From: an uncultured archaeon
GTDB lineage: Archaea; Hadarchaeota; Hadarchaeia; Hadarchaeales; Hadarchaeaceae
DNA: 30,608 nucleotides
Direction: 5' to 3'
NCBI GenBank assembly: GCA_937921735.1
Contig: CAKZTQ010000001.1
Location: 1 to 30,608, forward strand
Made by a program: the position numbers and the translations under genes. The notes under the pieces are model-generated. The model searched no databases. It was not told the DNA's origin and saw only the letters and a program-made list of their open reading frames with translations. This document shows, piece after piece, positions 1-7,747 of this stretch. Each line of letters begins with the position of its first letter. Within the stretch, counting starts at the first letter, position 1.

Positions 1-14
1 TAAATTTGAATCTC

Positions 15-1274
15 TTACCTCAAACCGAGCTTGTAAAGCGCAAGCAGGAGGATGAGTCCGAGCACGGTAGTACTCCCGGCCAATAGGAACGCAGGGGCGA
101 ACGACTCGGTAATGTCGAGTAGCCGCGCGCCGATAAGACCCTTCACCGCACCCAGCCCAAAGGCGCTGAAGACCAAACCGTAATTCATCCCAAGATGCTT
201 GGTTCCAAACCCTGCTGCCACAACCACTGGAAAGAGAGCAAACGTGGCGGCATACCCTAGACCTAGGAGAAGTGAGCATACGATCAGCCGGGTCAGGCTT
301 GTAGCCAACCACGGTAGGGCCAGGAATACGGTAGCTTGGATAGCGTACACAATCACCATCACCCTGATCGTTCCAATTCGGTCAGCGAGCCACCCAGCGA
401 ATGGACGCCCTAGCCCGTTGACTAACGAATAAGCCGAGATGCTCAAGGCTGCCACGGCCGGGGGTAACTTGAGCTCTACCTCCCCATAGGAAGTCAGCAG
501 GCCAATTGCTATTAACCCACCCCCTATCACCGCAGCTAGTGCCACCCACAGCATGTAGAACATTGGGGTGCGGACGAACTTTCCAGGGGGAACATCCCCG
601 AATATCGCAGGTCTATAGGAGGTAGGGTAGGAAATACCCGTTCGTTGAGGGGCAGTCCAACCCTCGGGAGGATTGCGTACGAGCCCCGCGCCCACGAAAG
701 CACCTGCACCTGCCAAGAACGCCAACGCGAGCAGGGTTCCGTCTATCCCCCAAGCGACGACCATTATCTTCTTGAGGGGGGCAAGTACTACAGCCGCGAG
801 CCCGAAGCCCATGACCCCACAGGAGACTGCGAACCCAGGCCGATCAGGATACCACTTGCGTGCCACGGGGGCTATAACGGCGTAAGTAAAGGCGCAAGCC
901 ATCCCCACTACCAAGCCGTAACTCAGGACGAGCCATGCGGGACTGGGTATATACCGCAAAAGTGCAGCCGCGCCGTAACCCAACAGGAATAGTGTCGCTC
1001 CCGCTGCCGCCACCCTACGCGGCCCAATCCTATCCTGAAGCCGCCCTGCCGGGATCATGGCTATAGCAAATATAACTATCATCACGGTAAACGGCAGGGT
1101 GGCTTGCTCAGTGGTCCAACCCAAGTCTCGTTTCAAAGGTTCCACAAACGAACCCCACGCATAGCTCATGCCACCTACTAAAGAAAGAAGAAAACCTCCG
1201 ACCAAAACTAGCCACCGCCGGTGGCCGACCTGCTCGTTAACTAAATTGTTTTTGGCCTTCATCCATCTCGCCAT
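15..1274 (-). CDS. MFS transporter, oxalate/formate antiporter (OFA)-like
   Basis: 419 aa with about 12 hydrophobic segments. MFS motif A occurs twice (GRLQDRIGPR, GWLADRIGT). YAWG near the N-terminus, KWYPDRPGFA and FGTKHLGMNYG are typical of the OFA family. Confidence 0.85.
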   Translation of the reverse strand: MARWMKAKNNLVNEQVGHRRWLVLVGGFLLSLVGGMSYAWGSFVEPLKRDLGWTTEQATLPFTVMIVIFAIAMIPAGRLQDRIGPRRVAAAGATLFLLGYGAAALLRYIPSPAWLVLSYGLVVGMACAFTYAVIAPVARKWYPDRPGFAVSCGVMGFGLAAVVLAPLKKIMVVAWGIDGTLLALAFLAGAGAFVGAGLVRNPPEGWTAPQRTGISYPTSYRPAIFGDVPPGKFVRTPMFYMLWVALAAVIGGGLIAIGLLTSYGEVELKLPPAVAALSISAYSLVNGLGRPFAGWLADRIGTIRVMVIVYAIQATVFLALPWLATSLTRLIVCSLLLGLGYAATFALFPVVVAAGFGTKHLGMNYGLVFSAFGLGAVKGLIGARLLDITESFAPAFLLAGSTTVLGLILLLALYKLGLR

Positions 1275-1370
1275 AAGTCTTTCCTTTTGGCCGCGACGCC
1301 GATCTAATCGACGTTGACCTCCTTGACCTCATGTTCCTCGTCCGGCAGCTGGCTATCGAGCATGTTTGAG

Positions 1371-1465
1371 TGGGCCCGGAGGGATTCGAACCCTCGACCG
1401 CCCGGTTATGAGCCTCGCCCAGCCTTTAGCCGTCGGGCGCTCTAACCAAGCTGAGCTACGGGCCC
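1371..1465 (-). tRNA. tRNA-Ile2 (CAT anticodon, agmatidine type) with a 20-nt intron at 30/31 (1414-1433)
   Basis: Spliced sequence: GGGCCCG TA GCTC AGCTTGGTTA GAGC G CCCGG CTCATAA CCGGG CGGTC GAGGG TTCGAAT CCCTC CGGGCCC A (75 nt, complete cloverleaf). The GGGCCC acceptor and A73 match archaeal tRNA-Ile2 rather than tRNA-Met. CCA is not encoded. Confidence 0.92.
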
Positions 1466-1489
1466 CGTGCTATGCTATCGTCGCCTTGA

Positions 1490-1497
1490 ATTAAAAA
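1490..1497 (-). promoter_or_regulatory. Putative TATA box of tRNA-Ile2
   Basis: TTTTTAAT on the minus strand, 25-32 nt upstream of tRNA position 1, in GC-rich context. Confidence 0.55.
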
Positions 1498-1551
1498 CGC
1501 TTGTCCCACATGGGTTAAAAGGCACGGCACGAGAGTATCCTCGGTGACGAA

Positions 1552-2526
1552 GTGGCGGTCAAGATACTAGCGCACGGGGACGCCGATGGCATCTGCGCCG
1601 CAGCGCTGGCGAGGGCTAGACTGCCCGAGGCCGAGGTTTGGTTCACCAGGCCGGTGACCCTGCTTCGAGATCTCAATGAGGTCGAGCTAGGCACCGCCGT
1701 GGTGATCCTCGACGTTGCGATAAGCGAGAGCCAGAAGGTGCAGATCTTCGAGCGGATGCGCGAGCTGGCGAAGAACGACGAGGTAGTGTACATCGACCAC
1801 CACCCCTTGCCGCCGGAGACGCTGAAACGCGACATACCCGCGACGCAGCTCGTGCACTCGGTGGCCGCGAGCACCTCGGAGCTCACGTTTAAGCTCTTCC
1901 GATCCGAGCTCGACCCCGACCTCGACCGGGTGGCGATCTGGGGCGCCATCGCGGATTACATCGAGGAGACGGACTTCGTGCGCGAGGGGCTGAGCAAGTA
2001 CGACAGGAGGACGATCTACCTCGAGGCGGGTTTGCTGAGCCAAGCCCTTGCCGAGGCAGCGGGCGACTACCACTTCAAGCGAGATGTCGTGCTCAAGCTC
2101 GCGAGGGGCGTGCCGCCGTCGGAGATCTCCGAGGTGGTGGAGCGGGCGATGAAGGCCACCAGGCGAGACTGGGAGGTATGGCGCTACGTCAAGGAGCACG
2201 TGAAGCGGGAAGGCAACCTAGCCATCGTCCACAACCTGCCTTCCGGCAGCTTGGGTAAGGCCGCGCTCTACGCGCTGGGCATCACCGGCGCCGATGTGGG
2301 CATATGCACTCGCGTGAACGAGGCGGAGGTGGACATGAGCCTCCGTCGGCGCGTTGGCATAGGCTTGGACCTCAACGTCCTGCTGAGGCACATCACCGCC
2401 CGCGTGGGTGGCTCCGGCGGGGGGCACGAAGGGGCCGCTGGTGCGACGGTGCCCGTGGAGCGCTTCGACGAGTTCTTGGATACCCTCAAGAAGGAGATCT
2501 CCCCCATCGTGAGCTGGGAAGGTTAG
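1552..2526 (+). CDS. DHH/DHHA1 family phosphoesterase (RecJ/NrnA-like)
   Basis: Motifs HGDADG, ILDVA, YIDHH, STSEL, and C-terminal DHHA1 motif GGSGGGHEGAAG. Confidence 0.88.
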   Translation: MAVKILAHGDADGICAAALARARLPEAEVWFTRPVTLLRDLNEVELGTAVVILDVAISESQKVQIFERMRELAKNDEVVYIDHHPLPPETLKRDIPATQLVHSVAASTSELTFKLFRSELDPDLDRVAIWGAIADYIEETDFVREGLSKYDRRTIYLEAGLLSQALAEAAGDYHFKRDVVLKLARGVPPSEISEVVERAMKATRRDWEVWRYVKEHVKREGNLAIVHNLPSGSLGKAALYALGITGADVGICTRVNEAEVDMSLRRRVGIGLDLNVLLRHITARVGGSGGGHEGAAGATVPVERFDEFLDTLKKEISPIVSWEG

Positions 2527-2542
2527 CTGTTTTTAAAATGGG

Positions 2543-2719
2543 TGGCGCCGGGGAGAGGAATTTCGGCCGGCTCGCCGCCGGCTCTCGAACCTCTGACCAC
2601 CCGGTTGCAGCGCTCCGGCGCGTCGTTCGAGGCGATTGAGGTTCGCTCTTCATTCGCGCCGGGCTTAACAGCCGGGCACTCTACCTGCTGAGCTTTCGGG
2701 CCCTTATCGGTACCCCGGC
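2543..2719 (-). tRNA. tRNA-Asn (GTT) with three introns: 8/9 (2695-2711, 17 nt), 37/38 (2606-2665, 60 nt), 59/60 (2560-2583, 24 nt); CCA encoded
   Basis: Removing the three segments gives a 76-nt cloverleaf: GCCGGGG TA GCTC AGCAGGTA GAGT G CCCGG CTGTTAA CCGGG TGGTC AGAGG TTCGAGT CCTCT CCCCGGC G CCA. Each junction falls at the predicted cut sites of a bulge-helix-bulge motif. Confidence 0.9.
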
Positions 2720-2730
2720 ATTCCCCGGCA
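2713..2730 (-). repeat. Direct repeat TGCCGGGG, two copies 10 nt apart (leader copy and tRNA-Asn acceptor 5' strand)
   Basis: The minus strand reads TGCCGGGGAA TGCCGGGGTA. Confidence 0.9.
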
Positions 2731-2750
2731 ATACTACTTCATGTGCAGAG

Positions 2751-2763
2751 CTCTAAAAGCTTT
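2751..2763 (-). promoter_or_regulatory. Putative BRE/TATA of tRNA-Asn
   Basis: AAAGCTTTTAGAG on the minus strand. The same AAAGCTTT pattern precedes the BlaI-like gene (22531-22542). Spacing puts the start site near 2729-2731. Confidence 0.5.
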
Positions 2764-2773
2764 GGGCCGAGCT

Positions 2774-3844
2774 TCAGCCCTTCAACCCCAGCTTCTCGGG
2801 CAGGTACTCCTTGACCACGTAGTCTAGGCCGTACTTGGCGAAGGCCTGCTGCTCCGCCTTCTTGCCCAGCTCCAGCATCAGCTTGATCTCCGACTGCCAG
2901 AAGGGGGTGTTGTACCTCGGGTCCCTCTGCAGTTGCTTCAGCCGCGCGATGTCTAGCTCCCTGAGCTTGTCGGTGGGCAAGTCGTAGTTCTTTATGTCGC
3001 TCGCCGTCACGCCTATAAACTGCGCATCCGGCACCGCAAGCTCGTGGTTGATGTAGGCGAGCTTCGCGCTTCCCGAGATGATGACCATCGCGATGTGGAA
3101 GCCAAATGGATCCCCATCCGCGAAGATATAGACCGGCAGCCCTAGCTCCCCGTTCGCTCGTTTCAGGAAGCGTCTCGTCGCCCTCGCGGCCTGCCCCTTC
3201 AGCCCCACGATGAGCGCGTCGAACTTCTTCCAGGCCTCCTCCTGCACCAGCCTGTGGTACATGCCCATGGTCTCGACGGCTATCACGCGCTTGGCCCTGC
3301 ATTTAACGAACTCCACGTCGTCGATGGTCGGGGGGATGGTATAGCCGGCTCGACCCGCCTTCGTGGCGTCGATGGTGACGCCCTCCTCCCTCACCACCAG
3401 CTCGCCGTAGATGGCGGCGCCGTCCTCCTCCGGCATCAGGCCTAGGTCCTCTCGCTTTAGCGTGAAGGTCGCTTCTAGGTCCTCCACTATGGCGTCCGAC
3501 TCCCCTTGATCCCTGAACGGCCCAGCTTCCCAGCCCTCAGCGGTGTAGTACATCTCCCTCAGCGTCGCGAATTTATCGTTGGCGATGAGCTCCCTACAAA
3601 AGTCAGCCACGCACATGGTCTGCGCAAACTTCTTCACCTGCTTCATGCTGGCGGCCGAACGCACGCCGTACCTATCGCCGAGCACGAAGTAGCGATTTTT
3701 CTCGTCGTATCTTATGTTCGACGTGCTACGCGAGGGTATGCGCAGCTTGGGTGGGCGGGTCCTGAGGATGTCCTCGATGACCCCTCTCCCAAACTCCCGA
3801 AGCTTTTCCTCCGCCTTCGTCTTCCGCCCCTTTTCACGGACCAT
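2774..3844 (-). CDS. top6A: DNA topoisomerase VI subunit A
   Basis: TLREMYY with the catalytic Tyr, Toprim motifs VETMGM and DGDPFG, and C-terminal KAEQQA. Confidence 0.96.
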   Translation of the reverse strand: MVREKGRKTKAEEKLREFGRGVIEDILRTRPPKLRIPSRSTSNIRYDEKNRYFVLGDRYGVRSAASMKQVKKFAQTMCVADFCRELIANDKFATLREMYYTAEGWEAGPFRDQGESDAIVEDLEATFTLKREDLGLMPEEDGAAIYGELVVREEGVTIDATKAGRAGYTIPPTIDDVEFVKCRAKRVIAVETMGMYHRLVQEEAWKKFDALIVGLKGQAARATRRFLKRANGELGLPVYIFADGDPFGFHIAMVIISGSAKLAYINHELAVPDAQFIGVTASDIKNYDLPTDKLRELDIARLKQLQRDPRYNTPFWQSEIKLMLELGKKAEQQAFAKYGLDYVVKEYLPEKLGLKG

Positions 3845-5405
3845 CCTTCCCGCCTCCGTCCCCGAGGCCTGCCACCTTCTTCAGTAGGGGTGTGATATCC
3901 GGCTCCTGCGTGCCCGCCAAGTTCGCGGCCTTCCTCGCTATGATCGGCAGGTATTTCTCGAATATCCCCGCGCGCTGCTGGCGCTCCCTTGCACGTATCT
4001 TGCGATATAGGTAACGCCTGAGCTCCCGCGCGACGTCCATGATCGCCTCCCTGATCTCCTTGAAGACCTCGGGCTCGTCGGCTATCGATTGCTTGCCCGC
4101 GGAGGTATAGGGCACGTAGGCCGAGACGACGTTCACGAAGAGGGTCAAGGGGGCGGTCGCGATGTCCACGCCGTACCTGCGCCAGTCTATGCTCTTCGCC
4201 GCGAGGGTTATCGCGCACCCACCTTGGTCGAACACGAGGGGCGCGCGGTTGGCGAACCTTATCAGGTCTAAGCCCTCGGCCTCGACCTCCTCTCCCCCCT
4301 CCTTCCTGCCCGCGCCGCCGCCGTAGGCTATGCCCGCCTCGACGATGAAGGGAATACCCCCGCGGTAGACCCTCGGCTGGCGGGTGACGGCGTAAACGAA
4401 CTCGGGGTTCAAGATCTGCCGCATGCCGTTTTCGATGTTCGCCGCCCCGATGGGCCTGAGGCCGCTCGTGGGAGGGGCCATGAACTTGATCTGCTTGAAG
4501 GCCGAGACTATCCTCTCCGCCTCTTCCCAGCTCAGCTCAGAGGGCTTCTTGTTGAGGTTCACTCCGGAGAGCCTCCTCGTCTCCTCCACCTTGCGCTTGG
4601 TCATCCTGGAGAGCTCCGAGATCAAGAAGCTCGCAACGCTCCTGCTCTTCGTCCTCTTGGCCAGCGCCAGCAAATCGTCTGCGGTTACCCCCCACGGGTG
4701 GGGGGACATGGGCTTCGGTCGCTCGGGCACCTCGTCGGTGGCGCGCTCGAAGACCGTCAGTTTGCCGTCGGGTTCTATAAAGGTGATCCTGGCGTGAGGA
4801 TTGGCGATCGCGGTCATGCGGAGGTAATTGTAGGGTCCATAGCGGGAGCGCTCGTACTTGACCTCCTTGAGCTCCAGCTCGACCTTAGTGCCCCGCCAGT
4901 TTCCCTTCAGCTTTTTGCCGTTCATCATCCTGCCCTCGTTTTTATCGACGTCGATCATGACGTCCGCGCACACTATCTCGCCGTTGCCCGTCGAGGTCAC
5001 CACATGCGTTGGCCTTCCGCTCGTTATCTGAGCGAACATCACAGCACCTGAGATTCCTATCCCCTGCTGTCCACGGCTTTGCATGCTGCGGTGTAGCTTG
5101 GTGCCGGCGAGCATCTTGCCGAAGACGTGTGGGATGAACTCCTCGGGTATGCCGCTCGCGTTGTCCTCTATCACCACTTTTAGGTGCTCGGGGTCCTCGT
5201 CCACCCTCTTTATCGCAACCGTGATGTCGGGCAGGATGTTCGCCTCCTCCGCGGCGTCGATCGCGTTGGTGACGCCCTCGTGCACCACCGTCGTCAAGGA
5301 CCTTATCTTACCGGTGTAGCCGAGCATGGCGGCGTTCTTCCTGAAGAACTCGCTGACGCTGTGCTCCCGAAAGTCCTTGAACAGCTCCTCCGCAAGGGTC
5401 CTCAT
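3834..5405 (-). CDS. top6B: DNA topoisomerase VI subunit B
   Basis: [13 protein letters not shown] motifs [15 protein letters not shown] and [10 protein letters not shown], plus RFANRAPL and PYTSAGKQ. Start placed at ATG 5405; the ORF extends to 5432. Confidence 0.96.
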   Translation of the reverse strand: MRTLAEELFKDFREHSVSEFFRKNAAMLGYTGKIRSLTTVVHEGVTNAIDAAEEANILPDITVAIKRVDEDPEHLKVVIEDNASGIPEEFIPHVFGKMLAGTKLHRSMQSRGQQGIGISGAVMFAQITSGRPTHVVTSTGNGEIVCADVMIDVDKNEGRMMNGKKLKGNWRGTKVELELKEVKYERSRYGPYNYLRMTAIANPHARITFIEPDGKLTVFERATDEVPERPKPMSPHPWGVTADDLLALAKRTKSRSVASFLISELSRMTKRKVEETRRLSGVNLNKKPSELSWEEAERIVSAFKQIKFMAPPTSGLRPIGAANIENGMRQILNPEFVYAVTRQPRVYRGGIPFIVEAGIAYGGGAGRKEGGEEVEAEGLDLIRFANRAPLVFDQGGCAITLAAKSIDWRRYGVDIATAPLTLFVNVVSAYVPYTSAGKQSIADEPEVFKEIREAIMDVARELRRYLYRKIRARERQQRAGIFEKYLPIIARKAANLAGTQEPDITPLLKKVAGLGDGGGKDGP

Positions 5406-5477
5406 CACACCCACATCCACCCAGTTCTTCACCCGAGTTTTAAATGGGTTTGGTGGAGAGGCTGCCGAAAGTGGCCA

Positions 5478-6023
5478 TCATCGCCAGATCTCCCTCTCGC
5501 GCCTCTTGGCCTCCCTCCGCTTCCGCTCGAGGAATTTATAGACCGCTGAGTGAGGGGCGCCCCTCAAAAGCATCATGACAGCTTCCCTCGCCACCGCAAG
5601 TTGTTCAGGGTCACCTATCAATGCCACCGTCTTGCCGAACACCGATACGCACGCGCCCGTGGTCTCCTCGATTATCCTCCTCGTCCTGCCACCCTCACCT
5701 ATCACCCTTCCCTTCAGCCTGACTAATGCCTTCTCGGAGCGTCCGCTGATGTCCGTGATGTCGATCACCTCGAGGTATTTATTTTCGTCGAAGAGGTGAA
5801 AGGCCCGCTCCGAGCTGAAACCTCGTGCTATCGCGTTCAACACGTCCCTAGCTCGCAACGCGCCGAGCGGATCCTCGCCCACGGACTTTATCGTTATCTC
5901 ACCCGTCTCGCTATCGAAGGTGATTTCGGTCCCCGTCCTGCGTTCGATCTCAGTTTTGACCTTCCCGCCTTGGCCTATGGCTACGCCTATCCTCTCCTTC
6001 GGCAATTTTATTCGCTGCTCCAT
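5478..6023 (-). CDS. KH-domain RNA-processing protein (Dim2/Pno1-like)
   Basis: Two KH GxxG loops (IGQGG, IGEGG), AIARGFS and GAPHSAVYKFLE. Conserved position between rio1 and top6B. ATG 6023 preferred; the ORF extends to 6035. Confidence 0.92.
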   Translation of the reverse strand: MEQRIKLPKERIGVAIGQGGKVKTEIERRTGTEITFDSETGEITIKSVGEDPLGALRARDVLNAIARGFSSERAFHLFDENKYLEVIDITDISGRSEKALVRLKGRVIGEGGRTRRIIEETTGACVSVFGKTVALIGDPEQLAVAREAVMMLLRGAPHSAVYKFLERKRREAKRREREIWR

Positions 6024-6025
6024 CT

Positions 6026-6607
6026 TTACCTGCACCCGGATTTGGGTATATCCTCAAACACCATGCTGCCGGACGGTTCGACCTTTCCAGCGTACTTACC
6101 TCCCAGCTCATCGTACCCCTTGCTCGCCGCTCTGTCCATCACGTAAAACAGCAGCTGACAGATCCTCATTCCTGGGTACAGCTTGACGGGAGAGGGATTC
6201 ATGTTCAGGATCTCCAACGTGACGGGTATCGGGCCCTTGGAACCGGACCCAGGGTTCACGTGTCCCGAGGAGATGTGGATGAATACCCCCATTCGAGCGA
6301 TGGATGATCGTCCCTCGATAGAGGCCACGAGATCGTTCGGGACCGCGATTTTCTCCATGGTGACGCCCAGCACGAGCTGCCCTGGCTGAAGGACGAAAGG
6401 CTCCCCCTTTGTATCGATCAGCTCGGTGTTCTCCTCGATGGATCTCCTGTCGTAGGGGTCGACCAGGTTCGTCGCTTTGAAGATCCTAAATTTGCTGCCT
6501 AGCCTGAGGTCTATCTGGCTTGGCCCAATCAGCCTGTCGTCGAAGGGCTCGATCAATATCTTTCCCTGTCTTATGTACTCCCGAATTCGATCGCCCGAAA
6601 GTATCAT
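6026..6607 (-). CDS. dcd: dCTP deaminase
   Basis: MILSG..I start, PSQIDLRLG, EGRSSIARMG, TLEI and PGMRICQL motifs. Confidence 0.9.
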   Translation of the reverse strand: MILSGDRIREYIRQGKILIEPFDDRLIGPSQIDLRLGSKFRIFKATNLVDPYDRRSIEENTELIDTKGEPFVLQPGQLVLGVTMEKIAVPNDLVASIEGRSSIARMGVFIHISSGHVNPGSGSKGPIPVTLEILNMNPSPVKLYPGMRICQLLFYVMDRAASKGYDELGGKYAGKVEPSGSMVFEDIPKSGCR

Positions 6608-6649
6608 TCACATCACTCCAAAAATCCTACCAGGCGCCCACCATAAAGG

Positions 6650-7441
6650 TTACCGTTCGACGTCCGATCGACCTTTGATCTCGGAAAAGAGCTCGATCGG
6701 CTCCGGGGTCTCCACCCCAAGCTTGCGGAAATAGTTGACGAGGTTGCCGAGGTCCCTCAACAAAAGCTCGTCGGACATCGGGTTGGCGATATCCGTCGCC
6801 ATCGAAAAATCTATCAACACCGGTTCGGGTCCGACCAAGATGTTGTACTCGCTCAAGTCGGAGTGGACGAGCTCGGCGTCGTGGTAGAGCTTTTCGACCG
6901 CATCGATCAACTTCTCAAACGCGGCCTCTGGATCCTCGGGTGGGGAATCCTTCATTCTGGGGTAAGGTATGCCATCCTCGCCGATGAACTCCATCGCGAG
7001 CACATTTTTGTCGAAGTCTATGGGCTTGGGAGCGGGTACTCCGGCCTTGTGGGCGCGCTGCAAGTTTTTGAACTCCCTAGAAACCCAGGTGTAAATTATC
7101 TTCCTCCGGTCGCGGCCGAAGCTCGTGAAGCGAGGATCGCCCACCAAGTATCGATACATGGTCTTGAAGTCGGAGGTCGCTATGCGGTAGATCTTGATCG
7201 CGACGTAGTTTCCCTGCTTATCCACGGCGCAAAAGATGTTTGCCTCCTTGCCCGTGCTTATGGCGCCGTAGAGCGCGTCGAACACGCCTCGATGGATCAT
7301 GTAATAAAGCGTCATCACCGTCGTGTGGTCGAAGACGCCGGCCATTATCTTGTAAAGCTCGGAGTCCTTCTCGAGCCTCTCCAGCTTTCGCCGCTCCAGC
7401 CTGCGCAGAAGGGCTTCGAAATCGGCCGGCAAACGAGCCAC
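6650..7441 (-). CDS. rio1: RIO1 family atypical Ser/Thr kinase
   Basis: ISTGKEANIF, AIKIYR, LVHSDLSEYNIL and IDFS. Confidence 0.95.
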   Translation of the reverse strand: MARLPADFEALLRRLERRKLERLEKDSELYKIMAGVFDHTTVMTLYYMIHRGVFDALYGAISTGKEANIFCAVDKQGNYVAIKIYRIATSDFKTMYRYLVGDPRFTSFGRDRRKIIYTWVSREFKNLQRAHKAGVPAPKPIDFDKNVLAMEFIGEDGIPYPRMKDSPPEDPEAAFEKLIDAVEKLYHDAELVHSDLSEYNILVGPEPVLIDFSMATDIANPMSDELLLRDLGNLVNYFRKLGVETPEPIELFSEIKGRSDVER

Positions 7442-7747
7442 CTAGCTCAAAAGCCCTCTCTTCATTAGCCACTCCACTTGGGTCTTAGTGTAGCGATAGA
7501 TGATGTCTCCCTTTTCATCGCCCTGCACTGCCCAGGGACGCACGATCACGATGTCGTTCTCGCGGATCCAAAGCCTCTTTCTAATTTTGCCAGGTATCCG
7601 GCATATCCTCGTATGGCCATCCCTGCACCTCACGCGCAGGCGATCGAAACCTACCATCTGCTCCACCGTACCCAACACCTCCCCGGCCCTGGGCAATCGT
7701 AACTTCTCAAGCTCCTCCTCCGACGTCTTTGGATCCGGGTTGGTCAC
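7442..7747 (-). CDS. eif1a: Translation initiation factor aIF-1A
   Basis: [32 protein letters not shown] and KGDIIYRY. Confidence 0.95.
   Translation of the reverse strand: MTNPDPKTSEEELEKLRLPRAGEVLGTVEQMVGFDRLRVRCRDGHTRICRIPGKIRKRLWIRENDIVIVRPWAVQGDEKGDIIYRYTKTQVEWLMKRGLLS

Noticed and set aside
1371-1465. Calling the CAT tRNA a tRNA-Met
   Set aside because: It lacks the initiator A1-U72 pair and the GGG/CCC anticodon stem. The GGGCCC acceptor matches archaeal tRNA-Ile2.
2304-2639. 111-aa ORF crossing the DHH stop into the tRNA-Asn region
   Set aside because: The region is fully explained by the DHH gene and the intron-containing tRNA.
2720-2729. Upstream GCCGGGG as the real tRNA 5' end, or as evidence of a fourth intron
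   Set aside because: It would give A8 instead of the conserved U8, or require a 10-nt intron with no BHB. The downstream copy fits the BHB cut rule exactly.
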